In this document: in pieces, positions 1 to 8,386 of the stretch
How positions within the stretch are numbered: position 1 is the stretch's first letter
Layout: each line of letters starts with the position of its first letter
From: Myxococcales bacterium
GTDB taxonomy: Bacteria > Myxococcota_A > Polyangia > Fen-1088
NCBI GenBank assembly: GCA_043759805.1
Contig: JAYUPZ010000498.1
Location: forward strand, 1-32,864
Direction of reading: 5' to 3'
Length of the DNA: 32,864 nucleotides
The notes under the pieces: generated by a model
Told to the model about the DNA's origin: nothing
The model's input: the letters and a program-made list of their open reading frames with translations, nothing else
The model's database searches: none
Translations under genes and position numbers: made by a program

Positions 1-864
1 GCCGCAGCGGTATCGGCCGAGGAAGCCCAGGCCATCGCTGAAACCAGGGGGGCAAAAGCCGCAGGCGGCAAACGCTCGACGGGTGAAGACGACGCGAGCG
101 ACGAGGGCGCCCGTCTCTTTCTCGCGGCACGCAAGGGTCGCTACTCGGAGGCGCGGATGGCTGCCAAGGCTCTTTCCAACAACAAGGATGCAGGTGCCGT
201 CAAGGCCCGTGTTGCAGATGCGCTGCGAGGCCTCGCAAGCGGAGAATGGGACAACGGCGATCGCAAGAATGGCCGCTCGCTATATCAACTGGTTCTGGAG
301 TTGGATCCCGAAGATCTCGAGGCGCAGTCGCGCACTCGACTTGAACTGGAAGCGCCGGCGGTGGTAGCGATTGCAACACCGCCCCCCGAGCCGACGCCTC
401 CTGCGCCCTCGGACGAAGAAAAGAACAAACGCGGTAAACGCAACACACCAAAAGCGGAAGCCGAAGTCGATGTTGAGCCTGAAACACCCAGGGATGAGGC
501 CGCCGCTTCCAAGGCCGTCGCCGGTGGTCGGCGATCGCTCACCCAGGGTCGACTTGCGGATGCGGAGAAATCTTTCAACGAAGCCGTTCGAGCGGATCCG
601 CTGAGTGCCGCAGCCATCGGCGGTCTCGCCGAAGTTGCCTTCGAGCGGGCGCAGTATCCCGAGGCGATGGACTACGCGCGACGGGCCTTGCGAATTGCGC
701 CCAGGGCCGCCGAATACCAAATCATCTACGGCGACTCTTTGTTTAAATTGCTGCGCTACGCAGAAGCAAAGGTCGCGTATCAAAAGGCCGAAACGCTGGC
801 GGGGCGCCGGAACGAGCAGATCGCTGCTCGACTGGATCGAGTGAACACCAAACTGGGACAATAA
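1..864 (+). CDS. TPR repeat-containing protein, probably 5'-truncated by the window edge (first in-window ATG at 157)
   Basis: Frame +1 is open from nt 1 to TAA 862-864. The C-terminal third reads as TPR-like helix pairs (AEKSFNEAVRADPLSAAAIGGLAEVAFERAQYPEAMDYARRALRIAPRAAEYQIIYGDSLFKLLRYAEAKVAYQKAE). The middle is a Pro/Glu/Lys-rich linker. Confidence 0.6.
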   Translation, partial: AAAVSAEEAQAIAETRGAKAAGGKRSTGEDDASDEGARLFLAARKGRYSEARMAAKALSNNKDAGAVKARVADALRGLASGEWDNGDRKNGRSLYQLVLELDPEDLEAQSRTRLELEAPAVVAIATPPPEPTPPAPSDEEKNKRGKRNTPKAEAEVDVEPETPRDEAAASKAVAGGRRSLTQGRLADAEKSFNEAVRADPLSAAAIGGLAEVAFERAQYPEAMDYARRALRIAPRAAEYQIIYGDSLFKLLRYAEAKVAYQKAETLAGRRNEQIAARLDRVNTKLGQ

Positions 865-2262
865 ATGGGTTTGCAAAAATTTGATCTGGTTGTGATTGGT
901 TCGGGACCTGCGGGTGAAAAAGGCGCGGTTCAGGCTGCCTACTTCGGCAAAAAAGTCGCACTCGTCGAAAAAGGACCCGCGGTGGGCGGTGCCTGCGTCC
1001 ATACTGGAACGCTACCCTCGAAGACTTTGCGAGAGGCCGCACTTTATGTGACGGGTTTTCAAAAACGAGAGCTCTATGGGATGAGTCTCGAGATCGATCG
1101 CGAGGCCAGTTTACGGCAGCTCATGGGACGATTGAAAGCCGTCACCGAGCTGCAAGTGGCGCAGATAGGCGGAAATCTCGACAAACATGGCGTGACGACA
1201 TTGAAAGGGAACGCGCGCTTTGTGAATGCCAATGAAGTCGTGGTCGAACAGGACGGCGTCGAGATAGCGCGTCTGTCGTCGCAAGCGTTTCTCATCGCCG
1301 TGGGCTCCTCACCACACCGCCCACCGGGCGTGCCGTTTTCCGACAGCGACGTCGAGGACTCGGACACCATTCTCGATCTCGATAGGATCCCGACTTCTCT
1401 CGCGGTGGTTGGCGGCGGCGTCATCGGTTGTGAATACGCGTCGATGTTTGGCGCGCTTGGTACAAAGATCACGATCATCGAGAGTCGCGATGCCCTGATG
1501 GGATTTTTGGATCGGGAGATCTCGGCGGCGTTGCGTGCGTCGATTGAACGGGGCGGTCACGAAATCTTGTTCGGCGACGCCGTGTCGTCGATCCAGCGCA
1601 TTCTGGATGGACCCCTTGAGATCACACTTTGTAGTGGTCGCATCTTGAATGTCGACAAGGTTCTTTATTCAGCGGGGCGAGCCGGCAACACATCGGGACT
1701 TGGACTTGAGGCAGCCGAGGTCGCCTGCGATCCACGCGGACGCATACCCGTGAACGAACACTTCCAGACCTCGCAACCCCATATTTATGCGGCAGGCGAT
1801 GTGGTGGGCGCACCGGCACTCGCGTCGGTCAGCATGGAACAGGGACGCGTGGGCGTGTGTCACGCTTTCGGTTTCGACTATAAAACCAAGGTCTCGCCGA
1901 TCATTCCTTACGGCGTCTACACGATCCCAGAAATCTCAATGGTTGGCGCGACCGAGGAGGAGCTCATCAAGGCCGGTACCCGGTATGCTTCCGGTCGCGC
2001 GCGCTACGAGAACAATGCCCGCGGCCAGATCATCGGGGATCGCGATGGGCTGTTGAAGCTCTTGTTTGAAGTGCCGTCGAAAAAACTGCTCGGTGTCCAC
2101 ATCATCGGCGAACGGGCAACCGAGATGGTTCACACCGCGCAGATGGTCATGGAATTCGGTGGCACCATCGACGTCTTCATCAACAGCGTGTTTAACTTTC
2201 CGACGCTCTCCGAAACCTTCAAATACGCCGCTTACGACGGACTCGGCCGTATGTCGAAGTGA
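865..2262 (+). CDS. sthA: Soluble pyridine nucleotide transhydrogenase (FAD-dependent pyridine nucleotide-disulfide oxidoreductase family)
   Basis: 465 aa. FAD fold DLVVIGSGPAGEKGA. GGACVHTGTLPSKTLREAAL matches the SthA-type GG.C.H.GT.PSK.LR signature. Second dinucleotide fold VVGGGVIGCEYAS. SthA-like tail FNFPTLSETFKYAAYDGL. The ATG abuts the upstream TAA directly. Confidence 0.85.
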   Translation: MGLQKFDLVVIGSGPAGEKGAVQAAYFGKKVALVEKGPAVGGACVHTGTLPSKTLREAALYVTGFQKRELYGMSLEIDREASLRQLMGRLKAVTELQVAQIGGNLDKHGVTTLKGNARFVNANEVVVEQDGVEIARLSSQAFLIAVGSSPHRPPGVPFSDSDVEDSDTILDLDRIPTSLAVVGGGVIGCEYASMFGALGTKITIIESRDALMGFLDREISAALRASIERGGHEILFGDAVSSIQRILDGPLEITLCSGRILNVDKVLYSAGRAGNTSGLGLEAAEVACDPRGRIPVNEHFQTSQPHIYAAGDVVGAPALASVSMEQGRVGVCHAFGFDYKTKVSPIIPYGVYTIPEISMVGATEEELIKAGTRYASGRARYENNARGQIIGDRDGLLKLLFEVPSKKLLGVHIIGERATEMVHTAQMVMEFGGTIDVFINSVFNFPTLSETFKYAAYDGLGRMSK

Positions 2263-2275
2263 CGCCGGGCGTCCT

Positions 2276-3322
2276 TTAAAAGCGGCCGCTCCAGCCAACG
2301 CCCATCGCCCGTTCTTTGGATGATACGGGGGTCGATGCAGCGGGCGCCTGTTCGCTCACAACCCACAACGTGACGCCGCCCAGGGTGAGCACCATGGCGC
2401 CCGCGCCGGTCAATCCAACAGCGGCAGCATCGGTATCACGAATGCGCGGACACCGGCCGTTGACATCTTTCTCGTCATCGCTACACGCGAGCGCCTTGCC
2501 GTCGATGTTTGCCAGGTAAACGCCGGCGGCAACCAGGGCCGTTCCGACAAGAACACCCGACCACCCGAGAGCCTTGAGTGGCAAGGTACTCGGGATGCGC
2601 AACAGTTCAACATTCAGCGTTTCATCGACGCCGCTCACCACCGTGAAAGTGCGGTCGTGTTGCTCGTAGCCCTCGCGAGTAAGGGCAAGGGTGTGTTGGC
2701 CACCCGGGATTTGTAGATCGAGCGGCGTCTTGCCGACCGGTCGTCCATCCACCACCGCCAGCGCGCCCGACGGGCTTGAGCGGATCACCACGTGCGCGGG
2801 CGTCATTGCAATGGCTTCGAGACGACTGCGCAGTGATGCGGTTGCAAGCGACACCTTCTCGGCCGCCTCGGTGATGCCACAGGTCTCGCAGCGTTCACTT
2901 GCCTGACCGATGACGGCGCCGGTGCGTCCGTTGATGATCGTGAGGACGATGTCATAGCTCTTGTTGGATTCTTCGATACGACCCGAGACGAGGTATCCCA
3001 CTTCCAGCGCCTCGGCCACCGCCGGGTAACAATCGGTGTCCGCACAATCGCGCAAGGCCGGCGTGCCAAGCCTTTGTCGAACGGCGCCGCCCGAAAGCAC
3101 CTGAAAGCGCGCCACGGCAAGTCCTTCGACAAGCCGTGATACGAATAAATCACGTGAAACCTCGGGAACATCTCCGGCGAAGTCGAGCCGTACGAGGCCC
3201 ACACGCTGAATGCCCGTGCTCGTATCAGCCTCGACCTGCGCCACGGTACGGGCCGGATCCGGCACCTGAGCATGGGCGGGCAATGACGCGCCCAACGTCA
3301 CAAGGACACTGAACATCAGCAT
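2276..3322 (-). CDS. PEGA domain-containing envelope protein
   Basis: The ORF opens at 3451. Start placed at ATG 3322, which gives the signal peptide MLMFSVLVTLGASLPAHAQ. PEGA-type segment VVIRSSPSGALAVVDGRPVGKTPLDLQIPGGQHTLALTREGYEQHDRTFTV. Two C-terminal hydrophobic segments (ALGWSGVLVGTALVAAGVYLA; AAVGLTGAGAMVLTLGGVTLWVV). Confidence 0.7.
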   Translation of the reverse strand: MLMFSVLVTLGASLPAHAQVPDPARTVAQVEADTSTGIQRVGLVRLDFAGDVPEVSRDLFVSRLVEGLAVARFQVLSGGAVRQRLGTPALRDCADTDCYPAVAEALEVGYLVSGRIEESNKSYDIVLTIINGRTGAVIGQASERCETCGITEAAEKVSLATASLRSRLEAIAMTPAHVVIRSSPSGALAVVDGRPVGKTPLDLQIPGGQHTLALTREGYEQHDRTFTVVSGVDETLNVELLRIPSTLPLKALGWSGVLVGTALVAAGVYLANIDGKALACSDDEKDVNGRCPRIRDTDAAAVGLTGAGAMVLTLGGVTLWVVSEQAPAASTPVSSKERAMGVGWSGRF

Positions 3323-3492
3323 CCCCAAATGCACCACAATGCAGGTGTGCGAATTACCTTTACCTGACGTGTAGGCAAACCGAACCAGCGACATTGCGGC
3401 AATCGTACACCGAAAAGATCGCGCTCGGATACCTGACGCTGATAAAATCAAGAGGCTCGATGTTTTTTCGAGTCTTAAGCCCAGAGGTTGAC

Positions 3493-6165
3493 ATGCGCAT
3501 CGATTCGCTTTTTCGCAACAGCGTGGTGACGGCCCTTTTGATGGTTTCGGGAATGCTGGGTTGTGATGAACCCAATCCCGCTTATCTCGGTGCGCGTCCA
3601 GGGGGTAACGAAGGCGGAAGCGCGGGCGCCGGTACCGGCGATCCGACGGACGCAGCGAGCAACGGAGGGTCAGGCGGCGGCGTCGTCATTGATGCCATCG
3701 AAGCCGTGGATCTAGTCGTTCCCAATTGCACACCGAAGAAGTGTGAAGACTTGAACGGCAAGGCACCCTGTGGGCAATGGCAATGCACCAACAGTGTATG
3801 CGCCGTGCTCTGTCAGGGATGCGACGTGGATCAGGATCAAGACGGGTACGGGCAGGGTGCCGGGTGCGCAGGACCCGACTGCGACGACAAAAACAGGACG
3901 CTCGGAAGCAACGTCGCCCCCAAAGCGTGTTACAGCGGCACGGCAGCGTCGCAAGGCAAGGGTGTTTGTCGCAACGGTGTGCAAAGCTGCACGGCGGGAA
4001 ACTGGACCCGCTGCGAGGGTGAAGTTCGCCCCGGTGGCGAGGCTTGCAACGCACAGGACGACGATTGTGATGGCGCAACCGACGAGGAGCTCGGTACCGT
4101 GTCCTGCGGCCTCGGCGTGTGTTCACGCACCATCGCCGCCTGCGGCAATGGCAGTGCTGCGATGTGTGTGGCCACCGTGGTTCAAACCCAGAAGGATGGC
4201 TGCGGCAACGGGGACGAGGATTGCGACGGTGCGATCGACGAGGACTGTGGGTGCGTGTTTGCAACGACTGCGGCCGGCAACGGAACAGGTGGCGACGGAT
4301 CACTTGCCCTGCCTTTCCGATCGTTGCAAACGGCCATCGACATCGCTGAGGACAGTGGCGAAGCCGTCAACGTTTGTGTGATCGGTGGCCCGGATTGCAG
4401 CATCCCATCCGTGATGAGCCTCCCGGATGCAATCGTCGTCAAGATGAAGAACGGCGTTTCGGTCTACGGCAACTATCGAAGCGACGGGCTCCGCTGTCCC
4501 AATGGGAACGGCCAGGCGGTCAGCACCATCACCGAAATCAAACTTCACAACGACTCCGGAATTGAATTTGGCTCCGATATCAAGGAAACCACGGTCCTCG
4601 ATGGATTCAAATTGTCCCGCGGCGCAGGACGCAGCTCGAACGCCATCACCGTGAACGGTGCCAAGAAGGTTGTGCTGTCGAATCTCTACATCGGTGACAG
4701 TGCTGCAGGCAACGCCGACGAGATGCGCGGCATCCGGATCGACAATGGCGCAGAGGTTCTTGTAACCCGTTCTTCAATTTGGGCAGGACAGTCAGCCAAA
4801 CTGTCGGTAGGCATTCACGTGAAGTCGAGCATCCTGACGCTCCTTGATACCTGCAAGAGCTACGACAGTCGCGGGCGCTGCAACGCCGTTTGTGATGGTG
4901 GCGTGGGCTACGGGGTGCGCGGTCAACTCGGAAACGGAACGGCGGCCGCCGAGTCGTATGCCGTCCTGCTCGAGAACGCAGCGGGGTCACATATCGAACG
5001 TTCCTCCGTTTGCGGTGGCAATGGTCAGGCCAGCAGTGCTGTCAGGATCATCGGCAGGGCCGACGCTGTCATCTTGCGCGGCAACACATTTGGAGCAAGC
5101 GGTGGCACCACGGACTCCCACGGGATTTGGGCGGGACCCTGCGACGGCACGGCGCCACGAATTGTGGATAACGCAACCATTGAGGCGGTGGGGCGAACGC
5201 CCAATTCGCGGGTTTCGGCGATACGCGTCGAGGGTGACTGCCATGCCGTGATTGAAAACAATGCCCTCATCGCAGGCTCGCAAGAAGGCGGGGCTGTGGC
5301 CACACTTGGCATTCACTGTACCGGTGACGCCAACAAGCCGAGCCTCTGCTCCATCCTGTTGAATGCGGACATCCGCGGCTCACGTGCGGGATTCCCGCCA
5401 AGCGCCACGGGCATTCGGTGCGACGATGGCAGCTGCAACCGCATCGATCGCAACACGATTACCGGGGGGAGCGGAAAAGTAGCACAGGGACTTATTCTCG
5501 GCGGATCGGGGCCTGTCGTGTCGAACAACCAGATCACGGCCGGTTGTGCCGAAGGGATAACCCACGGGGTGCTTGCGGTCGACAGCTTCGCGCGCCTCGA
5601 AAACAACATCATCGCAGGCAACACCTGCGGAACCGATGGGATTCCGGGCGCAAGCTTCGGCTTACAGGTCATTGCAGCCCCGGGGTCTCGCAACGAGATG
5701 GATGTCCATTCAAACTTGATCGAAGGGTTGTCGCGACCGGCGGCCTGCATCAGCGTGGGCATCGCGATAGGCGACGCAACCAGTAAACCCCGGGGACCGA
5801 GTGGTACGTATCGCAACAATTTGGTGCACGGTGGTAACTGTAAGAATCAGACCGCCATCAGGGAATCGAGCGTGGACATGGATCCGCGCATCGTCGAGAA
5901 CAACAATCTGCTTCCGTCTCCCAACGGCGCCCTGTATTTTGATGAGAACCAGACCGCCCTCGACATCGCAGCGGTCAACAAGCTATCGGGCAGCAAGAAC
6001 AACTTGTCTGTACAACCACAGTTTGTGCAGTACCGGGCCAACCTACGACTGGCAGCCGGCTCGATGTGCATCGACGCCGGTACAGCCGTGGGCGCGCCCG
6101 CAGGCGATCTCGCTGGCACCGCCCGCGATGCCAAGCCGGACATCGGTCCCTACGAATTCCATTAG
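3493..6165 (+). CDS. Secreted/lipoprotein-like Cys-rich repeat plus right-handed parallel beta-helix protein
   Basis: The ORF opens at 3394. ATG 3493 gives MRIDSLFRNSVVTALLMVSGMLGC, a signal peptide ending in Cys. Cys-rich N-region carries repeated acidic motifs (DQDQDGYGQGAGCAGPDCDD; CNAQDDDCDGATDEE; CGNGDEDCDGAIDEDC). A long Gly/Asn/Ile/Ala-rich repeat region is typical of beta-helix proteins (NNALIAGS, NNQITAG, NNIIAGN). The tail AAGSMCIDAGT...DLAGTARDAKPDIGPYEF resembles choice-of-anchor-Q / pectate-lyase-fold C-termini. Confidence 0.7.
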   Translation: MRIDSLFRNSVVTALLMVSGMLGCDEPNPAYLGARPGGNEGGSAGAGTGDPTDAASNGGSGGGVVIDAIEAVDLVVPNCTPKKCEDLNGKAPCGQWQCTNSVCAVLCQGCDVDQDQDGYGQGAGCAGPDCDDKNRTLGSNVAPKACYSGTAASQGKGVCRNGVQSCTAGNWTRCEGEVRPGGEACNAQDDDCDGATDEELGTVSCGLGVCSRTIAACGNGSAAMCVATVVQTQKDGCGNGDEDCDGAIDEDCGCVFATTAAGNGTGGDGSLALPFRSLQTAIDIAEDSGEAVNVCVIGGPDCSIPSVMSLPDAIVVKMKNGVSVYGNYRSDGLRCPNGNGQAVSTITEIKLHNDSGIEFGSDIKETTVLDGFKLSRGAGRSSNAITVNGAKKVVLSNLYIGDSAAGNADEMRGIRIDNGAEVLVTRSSIWAGQSAKLSVGIHVKSSILTLLDTCKSYDSRGRCNAVCDGGVGYGVRGQLGNGTAAAESYAVLLENAAGSHIERSSVCGGNGQASSAVRIIGRADAVILRGNTFGASGGTTDSHGIWAGPCDGTAPRIVDNATIEAVGRTPNSRVSAIRVEGDCHAVIENNALIAGSQEGGAVATLGIHCTGDANKPSLCSILLNADIRGSRAGFPPSATGIRCDDGSCNRIDRNTITGGSGKVAQGLILGGSGPVVSNNQITAGCAEGITHGVLAVDSFARLENNIIAGNTCGTDGIPGASFGLQVIAAPGSRNEMDVHSNLIEGLSRPAACISVGIAIGDATSKPRGPSGTYRNNLVHGGNCKNQTAIRESSVDMDPRIVENNNLLPSPNGALYFDENQTALDIAAVNKLSGSKNNLSVQPQFVQYRANLRLAAGSMCIDAGTAVGAPAGDLAGTARDAKPDIGPYEFH

Positions 6166-7388
6166 TAAATCGACACACCCGCACCGACAGCGAAGCCGTC
6201 GTTGTCCCATCCACCATCCTGTTGATTGGTGAACGTCCATCCTGCGCGCGCCGTGAAGGCCATGCGGGTCGTGATCTCCAGCTCAAGCAGCGCACCCGCT
6301 CCGACGGCGGGAAGGGTTTCTTCAGCGCCGACGCGTAGGACGGATCGGTTGCCCGCGTTCAGGTATGTTCCGAAATGGAGGATCGAAAGGCCGGGCAGAA
6401 AGGCCTGCGCCTCGACGCCGAAAAAGTTTCTGAAAAAATCTCCGTTATCAAGATCGCTCGTACCAAAGCCAAGGGACATCGTGCCGAGGAGCCCGAGATT
6501 CTGGAAGGGGAAATAGCCAAACTGGATGTTCGATGCAAAGCCCGACATGAGGTATTTCTCGAAAGCGACCTCGCTAGAACCAAAGTCCAGCTTGAAGGCA
6601 AATCCCTTTCGATCGAGCGGCGCGCGACCGAGCAAATATAATCCGGACCCTTCGTCGTCCATCACCAGCGCTTGACGAACACCATCAACATGCTCCGGAC
6701 GAAGATCACGCAACGACAAGATGCGCTCCTCACCGGTCAGCAGCTCCAGGTGTAACGGTTGATCCGGTGACATTGCCACGGTGCCGTCATACCTTTGCCC
6801 TTCGGTGGCCATGAGCCCGATCGCTGCGAAAGCCGCAACGGCAATGGCGACGATCGCAAAGACCACCAGGGCGTCGCCCGCGTCGCCACCACCACCCCAC
6901 GATGACCCGCCGTCGCCGCTCGATGATGGGGTGGCAACCCTGCCCGGCACGGCACCGCCGGCGCCGCCCGGAGCCGGCGCACCTTGCACGGCACGAACCG
7001 GCGCCGAGCCACCGCCGCTGTCGCCTCCCACAAAACCGGAACCGACGCCACCGCCACCCGTTGGCGGCCTAGGCCCAACCGGAATGTCCACCTGGACACC
7101 GGCTTGAATCATTACATTCGGTCCATCGACGTAACCCGCGCCGTTATAGCCATGGGCGTATTGCGGTTCGAGCGGGGGCGACATCTGGGCCGCCACAGCT
7201 GGACCCCGACGGTCGCCAATGGATTGGACAACCCTCACCCTTTGACCGCGTGCCTCGGGGGGCAAGTTCGCAAGACGGGTCAGCTCGGCGTCGGGAATGC
7301 GATGCTCATTCGACAGGCAACCCGTACCCAGGGACAGGGCTGCCAAAAGGCTCATCGGCCATGCGAGTTTAAATACACAGTTCGTCAC
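6162..7388 (-). CDS. Hypothetical envelope protein: signal peptide, Gly-rich tract, hydrophobic helix, beta-rich C-terminal domain
   Basis: 408 aa. N-terminus MTNCVFKLAWPMSLLAALSLGTGC. Gly/Pro/Ser low-complexity tract at aa ~104-172. Hydrophobic segment ALVVFAIVAIAVAAFAAIGLMA. The C-terminus ends FAVGAGVSIY (aromatic terminal residue). Lies 27 bp downstream of the cyclase gene on the same strand. Confidence 0.6.
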   Translation of the reverse strand: MTNCVFKLAWPMSLLAALSLGTGCLSNEHRIPDAELTRLANLPPEARGQRVRVVQSIGDRRGPAVAAQMSPPLEPQYAHGYNGAGYVDGPNVMIQAGVQVDIPVGPRPPTGGGGVGSGFVGGDSGGGSAPVRAVQGAPAPGGAGGAVPGRVATPSSSGDGGSSWGGGGDAGDALVVFAIVAIAVAAFAAIGLMATEGQRYDGTVAMSPDQPLHLELLTGEERILSLRDLRPEHVDGVRQALVMDDEGSGLYLLGRAPLDRKGFAFKLDFGSSEVAFEKYLMSGFASNIQFGYFPFQNLGLLGTMSLGFGTSDLDNGDFFRNFFGVEAQAFLPGLSILHFGTYLNAGNRSVLRVGAEETLPAVGAGALLELEITTRMAFTARAGWTFTNQQDGGWDNDGFAVGAGVSIY

Positions 7389-7415
7389 ACGGATTGGACC
7401 TTGTTTGGAACGCTG

Positions 7416-8063
7416 TCATTCACTCGCGTGGTAAAGAACGCGGAAGTTCTTGGTCGAGCCAGGCACTTCCACGCCGAGCTCTTCGAAGGTCACGTCCGGA
7501 AAATTCGATATCAGCTGGCGAGCGGCGTCGGTCAAAAGAATCTCGTCCGATTTCGCCGTGTCCTCGCCAAGCTTGCTGGCGGCATTGACCTCGCGCCCAA
7601 AAATTTCATCGTCGCCGATGCGCAAGATGCGCCCATGGCCAATGCCAAGACAGAGCAACATTTTGTCTTCCGGATTTCTATCTTGATTGTAAGCCAAACA
7701 CCTCGCCTGCATGGCGATGCCTGCCCGCAAGGCACTTTCGGTGCGACGGAAAATAATCAGCATACTATCCGCGTCGGACTTGATGAGGATGCCGTCGTGC
7801 TCGCCAACGATGGGCAGCAACAATCGATTTTGTTCGTGAATGATCTGCAAGAAGTGGATGATTCCAAAGGCCGCCACCTGGCGGGAAAAACCAGACAAAT
7901 CGGTGAACATCACCGCCCACTCCTCGCCAAACAAATCCCAGATGCGCCGATCGATTGATTCCTTGTCGGCATCCGGCAGTGCGCGCGCCTCAATGAGCTG
8001 CCACAGGCGGGTTTGTCCGCCCTTGGGCCCCGAAGCTGCCCCCATGGAATCGTATCGTGCCAT
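7416..8063 (-). CDS. Class III adenylate/guanylate cyclase domain protein (single-domain, 215 aa)
   Basis: Cyclase homology domain motifs AVMFTDLSGFS (metal Asp), ILIKSDADSMLIIF (second Asp) and IFGREVNAASKLGE (VN.A..[RK] motif). Confidence 0.8.
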   Translation of the reverse strand: MARYDSMGAASGPKGGQTRLWQLIEARALPDADKESIDRRIWDLFGEEWAVMFTDLSGFSRQVAAFGIIHFLQIIHEQNRLLLPIVGEHDGILIKSDADSMLIIFRRTESALRAGIAMQARCLAYNQDRNPEDKMLLCLGIGHGRILRIGDDEIFGREVNAASKLGEDTAKSDEILLTDAARQLISNFPDVTFEELGVEVPGSTKNFRVLYHASE

Positions 8064-8125
8064 GGGCGCGATTGTAACTCAGGCGTGCGGTGCCACACGG
8101 CCGAATTCGGGGTAAAACCCTCGAT

Positions 8126-8380
8126 ATGGCAACCATTTCAGATTTTCAAAAACAATACGAAAAACAGCTCGACGCCTTTGTCGCCCCGACCGCCGGACAA
8201 GGCCGGGACTCGGACTGGGCGATGGTTCGCGCCCTCATCCACAAGGCGGTACATCTTGCCGCCGATCGCAAGGCCGGCGAATTCTGTGCAGTCGCCACCA
8301 TCCTTGCCGAAATGATCGGACACGCCCACGGCATCATGCACGCATCCGAAGCACAGGACGGCCCCCGGGGATGGCACTAG
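8126..8380 (+). CDS. Hypothetical small protein (84 aa)
   Basis: The ORF opens at 8090; ATG at 8126 (MATISDFQKQYEKQLDAF...). The sequence is protein-like and helical, with third-position GC enrichment in the central part. No recognisable motif. Confidence 0.45.
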   Translation: MATISDFQKQYEKQLDAFVAPTAGQGRDSDWAMVRALIHKAVHLAADRKAGEFCAVATILAEMIGHAHGIMHASEAQDGPRGWH

Positions 8381-8386
8381 CTAAAC

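Noticed and set aside
2261-2273. Short GC hairpin (GACGC-CGG-GCGTC) between convergent sthA and the PEGA gene, and a similar 5-bp stem plus TTTT at 17077-17094 after the PP2C gene
   Set aside because: The stems are only 5 bp with 3-nt loops and weak or absent U-tracts. They are too weak to call as intrinsic terminators without transcript data.
3394-3492. Longer N-terminal extensions offered by the ORF track (3394, 3451, 11666, 11720, 12610, 16035, 16984, 23155)
   Set aside because: The extensions are Arg/His-rich or overlap the upstream gene. Internal starts give clean signal peptides or canonical N-termini and create typical ATGA/GTGA coupling overlaps.
6873-7079. GC-rich repetitive-looking DNA (GGCGG/CCGCC runs) that could be mistaken for a tandem repeat or array
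   Set aside because: It is the coding sequence of a Gly/Pro/Ser low-complexity tract. It has no fixed repeat unit or spacer structure.
8085-8100. TGGCAC on the minus strand upstream of the cyclase gene, resembling a sigma-54 -24 element
   Set aside because: No GC/TTGC -12 element at the required spacing. It lies only ~27 nt from the start codon, leaving essentially no leader.
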